A DNA stretch of 64,000 nt from Bacilli bacterium (GTDB taxonomy: Bacteria; Bacillota_I; Bacilli_A; RFN20; CAG-826): positions 50,854 to 114,853 of the forward strand of contig JAKSVG010000001.1 of NCBI GenBank assembly GCA_024408105.1. The letters are read 5' to 3'. The position numbers and the translations under genes were made by a program. Shown piece after piece: positions 29,276-39,744 of this stretch. The notes beneath the pieces were generated by a model. It had not been told where the DNA came from. It made no database searches and saw only the letters and a list, made by a program, of their open reading frames with translations. Numbering within the stretch: position 1 is the first letter of the stretch; each line of letters begins with the position of its first letter.

Positions 29276-29425
29276 CTACTTTTTCTCCTTGTGCAATGTT
29301 TGCTTTTTGCATCTTTTGCAGTATTTTTTTGTTTCTAATCTGTCTGGATGCTCTTTTTTATTTTTTGTTGTAATGTAATTCTCTTCACCACAAACAGTGC
29401 ATTTCAATGTAATGTTGTCGCGCAT
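29276..29425 (-). CDS. rpmG: 50S ribosomal protein L33 (bL33). Not in the ORF track.
   Basis: Hand translation gives [57 protein letters not shown] 6 nt upstream. Confidence 0.85.
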   Translation of the reverse strand: MRDNITLKCTVCGEENYITTKNKKEHPDRLETKKYCKRCKKQTLHKEKK

Positions 29426-29513
29426 AAGGTTCTCCTTTTATTTTCGCAAGTAGAATAATAGCACATTCAAAAAAAGATATCTACAAGATATTTTTATACT
29501 ATATAATGAAAGC

Positions 29514-30581
29514 ATGAAAAACAAATTGCCAAGAGAAAAAACAAAACGAATTCAGATCGGAAACACTTTCATTGGTGGAACCAATAATGTATTAATCCAA
29601 TCCATGTGTAATATTAAGACGGAAAGATATAAAGAAGTTGCTGATCAAATCAATCGTTGCGAAAAATTAGGAGCGGATTTGATGCGCGTTTCTGTTTTAG
29701 ATGAAAAAGATGCTGAAGCAATCAAAGAAATAAAGAAATTGATAAATATCCCTTTGATAGCTGATATTCATTTCGATTATCGCTTGGCGATAAAATCAAT
29801 TGAATCAGGAGCAGATGCTGTTAGATTAAATCCCGGAAATATCGGTTCTAAGGAAAACATAGAAAAAGTAGTCTCATTATGTAAACAAAAACATATACCT
29901 ATTAGAATTGGAGTTAATTCTGGATCAATAGATAAAGAAATAAATAATTCAACAAAATCAGTTCGCTCAAATGAGTTAAATGAATCAGCTAAAAGAACAG
30001 TTAAAATTTTAGAAGATTTAGAATTTTATGATATTGTAATATCATTAAAAGGGAGTCATGTACTAGAGACTGTTGAGGCATATAGACTCGCAAAAGACGC
30101 ATTTAACTATCCTTTGCACCTCGGAATAACAGAGGCTGGGCCAAAGGATATCGGTCTAGTTAGAAGCGTCGCCGGCTTAGCTCCTATCTTGTTAGAAGGA
30201 ATAGGTGATACAATTCGCATTTCATTGAGCGATGAGCCAGAAGAGGAAGTTAGGGCGTGTAGGAGATTACTAAAAGATCTAGAAATTAGAACTGATTATC
30301 CAACGTTGATTTCTTGTCCAACATGTGGAAGAACGCAAGTTAATTTGGTTCCTCTTGCAGAGCAAGTATTGAATTTTTTAGAAGAAAATAAAATTAATTT
30401 AACTGTTGCGATAATGGGTTGCATAGTCAATGGACCAGGAGAAGCCAAACGTGCAGATATTGGCTGTGCAGGAGGCAAGGGTCAATGGGTTATTTTCAAA
30501 AAAGACAAGATATTAAAAACTGTTCTTGAAAAGGATATCTACAAAGAATTAACATCTGAAATATTAAAAATGAAGTCTTAA
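29514..30581 (+). CDS. ispG: 4-hydroxy-3-methylbut-2-en-1-yl diphosphate synthase (IspG/GcpE)
   Basis: TIM-barrel N-terminal domain and C-terminal 4Fe-4S Cys ligands (CPTCGR...GC). MEP pathway. Confidence 0.88.
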   Translation: MKNKLPREKTKRIQIGNTFIGGTNNVLIQSMCNIKTERYKEVADQINRCEKLGADLMRVSVLDEKDAEAIKEIKKLINIPLIADIHFDYRLAIKSIESGADAVRLNPGNIGSKENIEKVVSLCKQKHIPIRIGVNSGSIDKEINNSTKSVRSNELNESAKRTVKILEDLEFYDIVISLKGSHVLETVEAYRLAKDAFNYPLHLGITEAGPKDIGLVRSVAGLAPILLEGIGDTIRISLSDEPEEEVRACRRLLKDLEIRTDYPTLISCPTCGRTQVNLVPLAEQVLNFLEENKINLTVAIMGCIVNGPGEAKRADIGCAGGKGQWVIFKKDKILKTVLEKDIYKELTSEILKMKS

Positions 30582-30596
30582 AGACTTCTTTTTATT
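30565..30596. terminator. Bidirectional terminator between convergent ispG and nfo
   Basis: Palindrome GAAGTCTT-a-AAGACTTC with flanking A- and T-runs. Overlaps the ispG stop. Confidence 0.55.
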
Positions 30597-31467
30597 TTCT
30601 CCAGTCAGCTTCGAATTTATTATTTAAAAGCATTTCGATTTCTTTTTTATATGGAGGTTTGCCATCATAATATGGAGTTTCAAGAATTTTTGGGATATTA
30701 ATTAACCGAGGATCATGAACGTATTTGGCAAGCGCTTCAAATCCTATTTCTCCATATCCAATATTTTCATGTCTGTCTTTATGCGACCCCATTGGATTCT
30801 TTGAATCATTAATGTGAATGCATAATAGATACTTTAAACCAACAATTTCATCAAACGATTTCAAAACATTATCAATATCATTGATATCTAGGCCCTCATC
30901 ATTCACGTGACAGGTATCTAAACACACTCCAACACGTTCAGGATTACGAACGTGAGTAATAATATAATGAAGCTGATCAAATGATGAACCCATTTCACCG
31001 CCTTTGCCTGCCATAGTTTCAAGAGCAATTTTAACTTCTGTACCATCTTTGGAAAAAACTTCATCCAAAGCCTTTACAATAGAATCTAGGCCGTTTTCAA
31101 CACCAGTGCCAACATGACTGCCTGGATGAAGAACAAGTATTTTTAAGCCAAAATCTTGAACACGTTTAAGTTCTTTTACCAAATTATCTTTAGATATTTG
31201 GTATAATGATTCATTTAACTGATTGGCAATGTTTAAAATATATGGAGCATGAACAACAATTTTATCTTCATTTAGCCCCGCTTCTTTAATAAGTTTTCTG
31301 CCTTCAGCAATTTTTAGTTTATCTGTTGGTATTCTAAAGGAGTTTTGTGGAGCACCTGTGTAAAACATAAAAGTAGATGAACCATAGGTTAAAGCTTCTT
31401 TAACAGAGCCAATATAATAATCGGGTCCAGACATCGATACATGTGAACCAATATAAATCTTATCCAT
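30592..31467 (-). CDS. nfo: Endonuclease IV (AP endonuclease)
   Basis: Xylose-isomerase-like TIM barrel with the Nfo metal-binding His/Glu/Asp pattern. Confidence 0.88.
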   Translation of the reverse strand: MDKIYIGSHVSMSGPDYYIGSVKEALTYGSSTFMFYTGAPQNSFRIPTDKLKIAEGRKLIKEAGLNEDKIVVHAPYILNIANQLNESLYQISKDNLVKELKRVQDFGLKILVLHPGSHVGTGVENGLDSIVKALDEVFSKDGTEVKIALETMAGKGGEMGSSFDQLHYIITHVRNPERVGVCLDTCHVNDEGLDINDIDNVLKSFDEIVGLKYLLCIHINDSKNPMGSHKDRHENIGYGEIGFEALAKYVHDPRLINIPKILETPYYDGKPPYKKEIEMLLNNKFEADWRK

Positions 31468-32821
31468 TATTGCGACCTTCTTTTTTATAACGTTCGACTC
31501 TTTGACGACGAATATCTTTTTTTATAATCTCACGTCTATGTTTTTGCTTAGCTTTTTCGATAGCTTGTTTCTGTTTCTTTTTATAACCAGGTTTAACTTT
31601 TTTATTTTTAGTTGATGATTGATTGCTTATTCTTTTAATTTCTTTTGCAAGCTCAGGATCGATATGTTTTTTGCTAGGATGAGTTCTTTCGATCGGCTTT
31701 CCGCTAACGAGTTCGCCTTCCTTTAAAGCGAGATATTCAAAAGAGAGTCCATTAGAAATTAATGCTAATGGTTTTCTCGTGGAATCATTATTATAAAATG
31801 TAAAACATTTTCCTTTTTTATCAAAACGACCCGTACGGCCCGCTCTATGATAATAAAATTCAAGATTATTAGGTAAATCAATATTCAAAACCTCGGTTAC
31901 GTTAGGAATATCTAAACCACGCGCAGCCATATCGGAGCAAACCAAAATAAAAATCTTGTCATTTTGGAGTTGCTTCATAACATTTTTGCGTTCTCTAGAA
32001 GATAAATCTCCAGTCAATAAACCAGCCTTATAGCCATTAAGTTTTAAAAATTTATAAACCGAATTCGCTGTTTCTTTTTTAGAAGCAAAAATAAGGAGCA
32101 AATAAGGATTAACAGCATCGATAAATTGCTTTGTCGCATTGTTAATGTCAATATGCTTAATGTCTACCATATAATGAGTGACATTACTTGATGTCATGAC
32201 CTCTTCATTAACAATAGGAGTATTTGGCCCAACGTATTTTTCTAATTGGTGGGCTAAATTTGCTTCAAGAGTTGCACTAAAAACTAAAAATTGTGGATTT
32301 TTTATTTGCAAAACAAATTTGTCTATTTCTTCAAAATATCCTTCTGATAAAAGCATGTCAGCTTCATCAAAGACAATAGTTTTCACATTATTTAATAATG
32401 TAGAATGTTTTTGAGCTAAAACTTCAGACAATCTTCCCGGTGTTCCAATTAAGATATGTGGAGAAATAGATAAGCCTTTCATGGAGTTTTCAATTTCTTC
32501 GCCAGATTTTAATAAACGAATTTTTAACCTGCGGAATTCATCAGCAAATGGAATTGCAAAATTATAAATTTGTTGTGCTAATTCTCTTGTAGGAGCAATT
32601 ATAATTGCTTGTGTTTCTTGCTTGCTTAAATTGATTGAATCAATAATTGGGATTAAAAAGCATAATGTTTTCCCGCTTCCTGTAGAAGATTGAACCATTA
32701 ATGTTTCGCCTCTAAGTGCCTTTGGAATAGTTCTTAATTGAATTTGAGATGGCTCAAAATATTTCTGACGATTCAGAGATTTAATCATTGATTCGGATAA
32801 ATTTATCGCTTTAAAAGACAT
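31460..32821 (-). CDS. DEAD-box ATP-dependent RNA helicase
   Basis: Q-motif, Walker A (GSGKT), DEAD (FDEADMLL), SAT and HRAGRTGR motifs. Basic C-terminal tail. The start is probably the ATG at 32821. Confidence 0.85.
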   Translation of the reverse strand: MSFKAINLSESMIKSLNRQKYFEPSQIQLRTIPKALRGETLMVQSSTGSGKTLCFLIPIIDSINLSKQETQAIIIAPTRELAQQIYNFAIPFADEFRRLKIRLLKSGEEIENSMKGLSISPHILIGTPGRLSEVLAQKHSTLLNNVKTIVFDEADMLLSEGYFEEIDKFVLQIKNPQFLVFSATLEANLAHQLEKYVGPNTPIVNEEVMTSSNVTHYMVDIKHIDINNATKQFIDAVNPYLLLIFASKKETANSVYKFLKLNGYKAGLLTGDLSSRERKNVMKQLQNDKIFILVCSDMAARGLDIPNVTEVLNIDLPNNLEFYYHRAGRTGRFDKKGKCFTFYNNDSTRKPLALISNGLSFEYLALKEGELVSGKPIERTHPSKKHIDPELAKEIKRISNQSSTKNKKVKPGYKKKQKQAIEKAKQKHRREIIKKDIRRQRVERYKKEGRNNG

Positions 32822-32876
32822 ATTTTCACCGCGATTTATTATACACGAAATATTACACACGTGTTATTATGAAGAC

Positions 32877-33740
32877 ATGAAAATTGAGATTTTAGAACCA
32901 AGTGGGTACTGTTCAGGCGTAAATCGCGCTATAGAACTTGCCATAAGCGCAAGAAAAGAAAATCCTTTAAAAAGGATTTGTGTCTTAGGAAAATTAGTTC
33001 ACAATAACGACGCTTTGCAAGAACTTAGTAAAATGAATATAGAAACATTGGATAATGATATGTCTGTTGTTGATAGTCTGTCAGATGATACAATCGTAAT
33101 ATTAACTGCCCATGGCCACGACAAAAATATTGAAAATATTTTGAATAAAAAGAATATTAAGTTTATTGATGCAACGTGTCCTTTTGTGAAACAAGCATTA
33201 AGAATTATTACAAATGCAATAAACACTAATAAAGAAGTTATTTATATTGGAAAGAAAAATCACCCTGAAGCAAACGCAGCATTGTCCATTTCAAACAAAG
33301 TACATTTGATTGATATTAATGAAAAATTCGACCCGTCTATTACAAACGACAAAAATCCATTAGTTATTTCCCAAACCACTTTTAGTGATTTAGAAGTCAA
33401 TGCTTTGAATAAAGAAATTAAGAATTGTATTCCTAATGCAACAATTCATAATGGGGTATGTAATGCTTCAACATCAAGGCAAAAAGCTTTGCTTTCATTA
33501 CCAAAAGATGTTGAATTGATTTATGTGGTCGGTGGGAAGAACTCAAATAACACAAAAACATTATTTAATTTAGCAAAAAAGAATTTTCCAAATTCAAAAG
33601 TATTAATGATTGAAAATAAAAATGAAATTAATAAAAAAGACCTTAAAGGTCTTAATTATATCGCAATATCTTCGGGAGCATCTACTCCGTTATCAATTGT
33701 TTCTGAAATAAAATCGTATATTGAATTACTCGGTAATTAA
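32877..33740 (+). CDS. ispH: 4-hydroxy-3-methylbut-2-enyl diphosphate reductase (IspH/LytB)
   Basis: 287 aa with three conserved FeS-ligating Cys (C12, C101, C195 regions). MEP pathway. Confidence 0.85.
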   Translation: MKIEILEPSGYCSGVNRAIELAISARKENPLKRICVLGKLVHNNDALQELSKMNIETLDNDMSVVDSLSDDTIVILTAHGHDKNIENILNKKNIKFIDATCPFVKQALRIITNAINTNKEVIYIGKKNHPEANAALSISNKVHLIDINEKFDPSITNDKNPLVISQTTFSDLEVNALNKEIKNCIPNATIHNGVCNASTSRQKALLSLPKDVELIYVVGGKNSNNTKTLFNLAKKNFPNSKVLMIENKNEINKKDLKGLNYIAISSGASTPLSIVSEIKSYIELLGN

Positions 33741-34502
33741 TTCAGGAAGATTTTCGTGATTAATTATTGTAACTTGAATATCTGGATCAATTTCTCTAAG
33801 TATTTTTTTCATTTGTGGCATAAAAATTCTTTCAACTTCGTGAGAGACATCTAAATAGTTGAATTTATTTGATATAACGTCCCGACGAATATGATGAGGT
33901 GTGTCGCCACTAATATAAATATCATATCCTTCAAGCATAGCATTCACATATTTATATGAACCGCCACCACCGATAATAGCGACTTTTTTAATCATATCTT
34001 TTCCGCCATGAACAAGATGCGAATATTCAATAGATAAACATTTATTTGCATATTTTGCAAATTCGTGAATTTCCATTGCTTCTTTTAATTCACCACCACG
34101 AGCCATCTTGCATGTTTCTAATTGAACAATATTTTGAAGTCCTAAAGCTTCAGCTAATGCATCGTTCATTCCATCTTTGCCCGTGTCAAAATTTGTATGC
34201 ATGCTATATACAGGGATGCCTAAATTATCAATCCTTTCACACAAATCCTTTTTTATCTCATCGTGTTTAAAAACACGATATTTTGTGCCGTAAATAAATG
34301 GATGGTGTGTCAAAATTAAGTCCGGTTTAATGCCTAATTTCTTGATTTCATCAAGAGCGACATCATCAAAATCAAGGCATAGAACAATTGACTTTATATC
34401 TTCTGGCAATTTTCCTGTCATTAAGCCAACATGATCGCCTGGAGTTTTTATTGACTTTGGGAATCTTTTTGCCAAAGTCCTAAGTAGTTTTATTGAATTC
34501 AT
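33726..34502 (-). CDS. Nif3-family dinuclear metal-centre protein (YqfO/GTP cyclohydrolase 1 type 2 homologue)
   Basis: NIF3 N- and C-terminal halves. Downstream of trmK and sigA, as in Bacillus. Confidence 0.8.
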   Translation of the reverse strand: MNSIKLLRTLAKRFPKSIKTPGDHVGLMTGKLPEDIKSIVLCLDFDDVALDEIKKLGIKPDLILTHHPFIYGTKYRVFKHDEIKKDLCERIDNLGIPVYSMHTNFDTGKDGMNDALAEALGLQNIVQLETCKMARGGELKEAMEIHEFAKYANKCLSIEYSHLVHGGKDMIKKVAIIGGGGSYKYVNAMLEGYDIYISGDTPHHIRRDVISNKFNYLDVSHEVERIFMPQMKKILREIDPDIQVTIINHENLPELITE

Positions 34503-35149
34503 AGTGATTCCAACCTTTCAATTTTTGATTCCAGTTTTTTTATTTGATCTGGTTTGATAATTTTTGCTTTCTTTTGTTTTATTAAGTTCAAACTTAGCCT
34601 TTTAATTTCTTGAGTTTTAAATTCTTGAAATAATGGGTCGCGAGATATTTGATAGCCAAATTCTATCTCAATATCTTTGTATGAGGAATTGCCTTTCACA
34701 AAAGATATTATAAAATAATATTTGCCGTTCTCTTGAATGATTTTTTCTCTTTCAATGCAATAACCAATTCTTGTTATTTCTCGCCTCACCAACTCAACAT
34801 CTTTATGAGCATCTATAACGATTTGACTTATGTAATTTAATTTTTGGATAAATCTAGTAAGAATATCTACAATAGCGAATCCACCCATACCGGCGATGAC
34901 TATCGTGTCGCAAGAATCATCCAAATCTTCGATTCCATCGCTTAACAAAACTGTTGCTTTATAGTCTTTTAGACTATTTTTTAAAATTTTATATGGTCCT
35001 TCTTTATTTTCAACCGCTACGATGTTTCTAACTAAAGAATTGTCCAATAGATACTTTTCTAATAAGCCGTGATCAGCACCGACATCAAAAACGCTCGCAT
35101 CTTTATGGATAAAATTTGCAATTGTTATAAGTCGATTTGATAACGACAT
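34499..35149 (-). CDS. trmK: tRNA (adenine22-N1)-methyltransferase TrmK
   Basis: SAM-binding DVGADHG motif. The yqfN position after sigA. Confidence 0.8.
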   Translation of the reverse strand: MSLSNRLITIANFIHKDASVFDVGADHGLLEKYLLDNSLVRNIVAVENKEGPYKILKNSLKDYKATVLLSDGIEDLDDSCDTIVIAGMGGFAIVDILTRFIQKLNYISQIVIDAHKDVELVRREITRIGYCIEREKIIQENGKYYFIISFVKGNSSYKDIEIEFGYQISRDPLFQEFKTQEIKRLSLNLIKQKKAKIIKPDQIKKLESKIERLESL

Positions 35150-36424
35150 TTACACTACCTCGTGATAGTCTCCTAGTTTTTTGAGTTTACTTTTCTTTCT
35201 TAACGTTCGGATAGCTTTTGCTTCAATCTGTCTAATACGTTCACGAGTAACGCCAAACTCTTTGCCAACTTCTTCAAGTGTTCTTGGGTGATTATCATCA
35301 AGGCCATATCTTCTACGAAGAACCTTTTCTTCACGTTCTGTCAAACTCTCAGCCATAACATCATAAAGTTCTTGTTTAAGAAGTGACTTAGTTGTGTATT
35401 CACTAGGCGATAATGTTTCTTTATCTTCAACAAAGTCCGATAACCTTGAATCATCTTCTTCACCAATTGGTGTTTCTAGAGAAACAGGTTCTTGATTCAC
35501 ACGTTGAATTTCTCTAATTCGATCAGCAGACAAAGCGCCTTGAAGTTTATCAGATATTTCCTCAGCTGTTGGATCACGTCCCAATTCTTGGACTAATTCG
35601 CGTTGAGCTCTTGTAATCTTATTAATTGTTTCCACCATGTGAACAGGAATGCGAATTGTGCGAGCTTGGTCGGCGATAGCGCGCGTAATTGCTTGCCTAA
35701 TCCACCATGTTGCATACGTAGAAAATTTAAATCCTTTTTGGTAATCAAATTTTTCAACTGCTTTAATAAGACCCATATTTCCTTCTTGTATCAAATCAAG
35801 GAATGGCATTCCCCTACCAGCATAACGTTTAGCAATGGAAATAACTAAACGAAGGTTTGCATTGATGAGTTGCTGCTTTGCGTCTTCATCACCAGCAACA
35901 ATTCTTTGAGCTAATTCTTGTTCTTGCTTTGCATTTAATAATGGGACTTTTCCTATTTCTTTAAGATAAATCTTAACAGAGTCATTAACTTTAACATCTC
36001 CGGTAACCAATTTACTTAAATCATTTAATTCTTGTTCAGATGGGACATCAGAATCTCCTATATCTAAATCGTCATCCAATAAATCGTCTTCTGCATCTTC
36101 ACTGAATTCTAGTTCGTCAATATCACCATCAGGATTATCAGTTAAAACGTTGACACCGTTTTTTCTGAAGAACTCTAAGAGTCCATCCATCGATCCATCA
36201 TCCATATCAAGGTGTTGAATTGCGTCAAAAATCTCGGATTGTTCAATCTCGTTTCCGTTATTCTTTGATTGTTTTAATAAGCGTTTCTTAATCTGTTCAA
36301 GATCTTCGATTTCATTTTCGTTGTCATCAAATTCGTCTTTGGCAGCTTTCGCTTTAGTTGGTTTTTTCGCTTTTTTAGCGCTTTTAGCAGCCTTTTCTGC
36401 GGGTTTTTTAGCTTTTGCTGGCAT
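35150..36424 (-). CDS. sigA: RNA polymerase primary sigma factor (SigA/RpoD)
   Basis: Regions 1.2 to 4.2 and the rpoD box. Lys-rich then acidic N-terminus. Confidence 0.92.
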   Translation of the reverse strand: MPAKAKKPAEKAAKSAKKAKKPTKAKAAKDEFDDNENEIEDLEQIKKRLLKQSKNNGNEIEQSEIFDAIQHLDMDDGSMDGLLEFFRKNGVNVLTDNPDGDIDELEFSEDAEDDLLDDDLDIGDSDVPSEQELNDLSKLVTGDVKVNDSVKIYLKEIGKVPLLNAKQEQELAQRIVAGDEDAKQQLINANLRLVISIAKRYAGRGMPFLDLIQEGNMGLIKAVEKFDYQKGFKFSTYATWWIRQAITRAIADQARTIRIPVHMVETINKITRAQRELVQELGRDPTAEEISDKLQGALSADRIREIQRVNQEPVSLETPIGEEDDSRLSDFVEDKETLSPSEYTTKSLLKQELYDVMAESLTEREEKVLRRRYGLDDNHPRTLEEVGKEFGVTRERIRQIEAKAIRTLRKKSKLKKLGDYHEVV

Positions 36425-36452
36425 AATTCCTAGTCCTTCTTTCTAACGAGTC

Positions 36453-38258
36453 TTATTTCGCCTTTTTCTCGTTTGTGCGTTTAATATAATCATCAAGCAG
36501 GCGTGCTTGTTCAGCAGGAGATTTTCCTTCAAGGGCAAGTTTAATATTTGTCCTATTGTAATTCTTGGTTCGTTCTTCGTTGATTGTTATCAAACAATCA
36601 TTAAGAATTTCGTCAAGCTCATGCTTTTGGAATTTATGCAATGGAATTGCACTCAGTTCGTATAACAGTTTCCCCTTATTTGGATTATCGCTTTGCGAAA
36701 TATAATCCATTACCATTGATACATCCACTGAATTGTATTTTGATGCATACTCCACAAAATAATTTGCTAAGTCCCTATGTAAATCAATATTGAAGTAACC
36801 TATATTTTTTTCATAAAAATCTATTGCGTCCTTATCGTTTGCCATAAGTTCAAGAACTTGTCGCTCAGCACAGGCGAGTCTTCTTAGTTCGCGACTCACA
36901 TTAATGCCTTCATATTTTGGTTCATCTATTAAAATAGATTTGTCTGTTTTATCATGATTATCTGCTTTGTATTCTTTAATGAAATTTTTAATTGCATTCG
37001 CATTAAATCTCGTTACATCTGCGAGTTTATATATGTAATCCTCATATTCTAATTTTGACTTTATTCCAATTAGCATTGGAGCAAAATGAGAAATAACTTT
37101 TTTTCTATCCTCAACGGTTTCTAGAGGCGAAATATTTTTGTAGTAATTTAATGCAAAGTTAAACGGATCAACTAATGTCTTTACAAAAACTTTTAGTTTT
37201 TCTTCCCCATCTTGCTTAAGTATTTCATCTGGGTCACGAATTTCTCCAGGAAGCGATACAACTCTATATGAAATTCCAGCCTTATCAAGTGAGGACATAA
37301 TTTTCATCATTGCTTCTTGGCCTGGTTTATCTCCATCAAGGCATAATCTAATTTCTACATTTAGTCTGCGAATGAGCTCAATATGCTTATCTGTCAATTT
37401 TGTGCCCATTATAGCAACAGAAGAAGATATTCCTATGGAATCTAACGCAAATACATCCATAAAACCTTCAACCAAATATAGATATCCGTCATGTTTTGCT
37501 GACTGCTTTGCGATATGGTAGTTGTATAAAATTGATTCTTTTTTAAAAATTTTGGTTGTTGGAGAATTCACATATTTAGGTGCATCATCACCACTAGTCA
37601 TTTTTCTAGCAGAAAAACCTACCACTTGACCATTTGAGTTTTTTATTGGAAATATTAAACGACCAGCATTTGAGTCAGAAGTATCGGATGATCGAACTAA
37701 CGCAATACCAATATCTTCAATATTTTTCAAAGAAAAACCTTTCTGTTGCAAATAAGAAATAGTCATTTTTCCATTTTGCAATGAATAACCTAATGAATAT
37801 TTTTCTATTTGTTCTCTTGAAATTTGTCTTTTAGCTAAATAATCTAGAGCGGGCTTACCCTCATCGATCTGAAGACCGTATTCATAAAATTTTTGAAGTT
37901 CATTAATGCAGTTATAAAGAGTTTGTACATCTACATCAACAGGTTTTATTACCTCGTGTTTATGTAATCGTGGGTCATCGAAATTGATAATTTCGCAAAC
38001 CCTTTTAACTGCTTCACTAAAAGTAATTTTTTCGTAATCAGCGACAAAAGTAAAAACGTCTCCACCGTGATGACACACATAGCAATGGAATGTTTGTCTT
38101 TCTTTGTTAATGTCCATACTAGGAGTATGATCATCATGAAATGGACAAAGAGCAACGTAGCGTCTTCCTTTTTTAATCACGTTTAAATAGGAAGAGATGA
38201 CATCCACAATGTCGGCTCTACTTTTTATTTCTGCTAATAAATCGTGATCAAATACCAT
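36453..38258 (-). CDS. dnaG: DNA primase
   Basis: CPFHDDHTPS...CYVCHHGG zinc ribbon, TOPRIM domain and a C-terminal helicase-interaction domain. The first ATG is at 38258. The ORF-track start at 38279 is TTG. Confidence 0.88.
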   Translation of the reverse strand: MVFDHDLLAEIKSRADIVDVISSYLNVIKKGRRYVALCPFHDDHTPSMDINKERQTFHCYVCHHGGDVFTFVADYEKITFSEAVKRVCEIINFDDPRLHKHEVIKPVDVDVQTLYNCINELQKFYEYGLQIDEGKPALDYLAKRQISREQIEKYSLGYSLQNGKMTISYLQQKGFSLKNIEDIGIALVRSSDTSDSNAGRLIFPIKNSNGQVVGFSARKMTSGDDAPKYVNSPTTKIFKKESILYNYHIAKQSAKHDGYLYLVEGFMDVFALDSIGISSSVAIMGTKLTDKHIELIRRLNVEIRLCLDGDKPGQEAMMKIMSSLDKAGISYRVVSLPGEIRDPDEILKQDGEEKLKVFVKTLVDPFNFALNYYKNISPLETVEDRKKVISHFAPMLIGIKSKLEYEDYIYKLADVTRFNANAIKNFIKEYKADNHDKTDKSILIDEPKYEGINVSRELRRLACAERQVLELMANDKDAIDFYEKNIGYFNIDLHRDLANYFVEYASKYNSVDVSMVMDYISQSDNPNKGKLLYELSAIPLHKFQKHELDEILNDCLITINEERTKNYNRTNIKLALEGKSPAEQARLLDDYIKRTNEKKAK

Positions 38259-38290
38259 ATATAAATTACTATTAATCAACTAATTTTTAA

Positions 38291-39664
38291 CTATTTTTCA
38301 ATTTTATCTAAAAGATAGTTTCTAACATCACTTATAGGCATTCTAATTTGTTCCATAGTATCGCGGTCTCTAATTGTGACACAATTGTCTTTTTCGACAG
38401 TATCAAAATCTACTGTTATACAGTAAGGTGTGCCTATCGCATCCTGCCTTCTATATCTTTTGCCAATCGAGCCTGTTTCATCATAAATAACAGAGAAATG
38501 CTTATTAAGCATCGATAACACTTCTTTCGCTTTTTCTCCAAGCTGCTTGCTTAATGGTAATACGGCTGCTAAATATGGTGCAAGAATTGGCTTTAAATGC
38601 ATTACGACTCTTGTATCATTTTCTTTTAATGTTTCAACATCATATGCTTCGCATGCAACCATCAAAAAGATTCTCTCCACCCCCATCGAAGGCTCAATGC
38701 AATAAGGAACATACTTTTCGTTTGTTTCTGAATCTAAATATTCTAATGATTCACCACTTGCTTCCATGTGGCGTTTAAGGTCATAATCCGTTCTATCGGC
38801 TACGCCGAGAATTTCTCCCCAACCAAATGGGAACATATATTCAACATCGGTGGTTGCTTTTGAATAGAAGGCAAGTTCTTCCGGTTCGTGATCCCTGTAT
38901 CTAAGGTTTTCTTGACTAATATTTAAAGATGACAAGAAATCTAATGAAAACTTTTTCCAATAGGAAAACCACTCTAAATCAGTACCTGGTTTGCAGAAAA
39001 ATTCCATTTCCATTTGTTCAAATTCGCGTACTCTGAATATAAAGTTCCCTGGAGTGATTTCATTGCGGAAACTCTTTCCTATATTGCAAATGCCGAAAGG
39101 TATTTTTCTTCTTGATGTTCTTTGAACATTTTTGAAGTTCACAAACATTCCTTGGGCTGTTTCTGGACGTAGATATACTAAGCTTTCGGAAGCTTCGGTC
39201 ACGCCAATGTGGGTTCTAAACATTAAATTAAATTGACGAATATCAGTAAAATCTGACTTCCCACATACAGGACACGAAACTTTGTTATCTTTGATAAACT
39301 TAACCATTTCTTCATTAGTCATCCCGTTTACGTCAACGTCTGGATATGCTTTTTCAATCAAATTATCAGCGCGATGGCGTGAATGGCAATTTTTACAATC
39401 AATTAAAGGATCAGCAAATGTGGCAACGTGTCCAGTTGCTTTCCAAACATTAGGATTCATCAATATTGCTGCATCAATTCCAACATTAGTTGGAGATTCA
39501 CGAACGAATTTCTCCCACCAATATTTTTTAATATTATTTTTTAGCTCAACACCTAGCGGACCAAAATCCCATGAATTGGAAAGACCACCATAGATTTCAG
39601 AATCTTGATAAACAAATCCGCTAGTAATTAAGTGTGTAACAATTTCATCAAATTTCTTTTTCAT
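38291..39664 (-). CDS. glyQS: Glycine--tRNA ligase (single-chain alpha2 type)
   Basis: Class II motifs and a C-terminal anticodon-binding domain. 457 aa. Confidence 0.88.
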   Translation of the reverse strand: MKKKFDEIVTHLITSGFVYQDSEIYGGLSNSWDFGPLGVELKNNIKKYWWEKFVRESPTNVGIDAAILMNPNVWKATGHVATFADPLIDCKNCHSRHRADNLIEKAYPDVDVNGMTNEEMVKFIKDNKVSCPVCGKSDFTDIRQFNLMFRTHIGVTEASESLVYLRPETAQGMFVNFKNVQRTSRRKIPFGICNIGKSFRNEITPGNFIFRVREFEQMEMEFFCKPGTDLEWFSYWKKFSLDFLSSLNISQENLRYRDHEPEELAFYSKATTDVEYMFPFGWGEILGVADRTDYDLKRHMEASGESLEYLDSETNEKYVPYCIEPSMGVERIFLMVACEAYDVETLKENDTRVVMHLKPILAPYLAAVLPLSKQLGEKAKEVLSMLNKHFSVIYDETGSIGKRYRRQDAIGTPYCITVDFDTVEKDNCVTIRDRDTMEQIRMPISDVRNYLLDKIEK

Positions 39665-39744
39665 AATAGTTAATTATCCTCGTCAATAAACGCAACATAG
39701 TATATGTGCGTGTGAATATCTTGTCAACCTATTATAAGTGTATT

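Noticed and set aside
29253-29285. AGGATT-tata-AATCCT palindrome followed by a T-run just after the rpmG stop, a possible terminator separating rpmG from the MBL hydrolase
   Set aside because: The stem is only 6 bp and AT-rich. It overlaps the proposed RBS and start region of the hydrolase. It is too weak to call a terminator with confidence.
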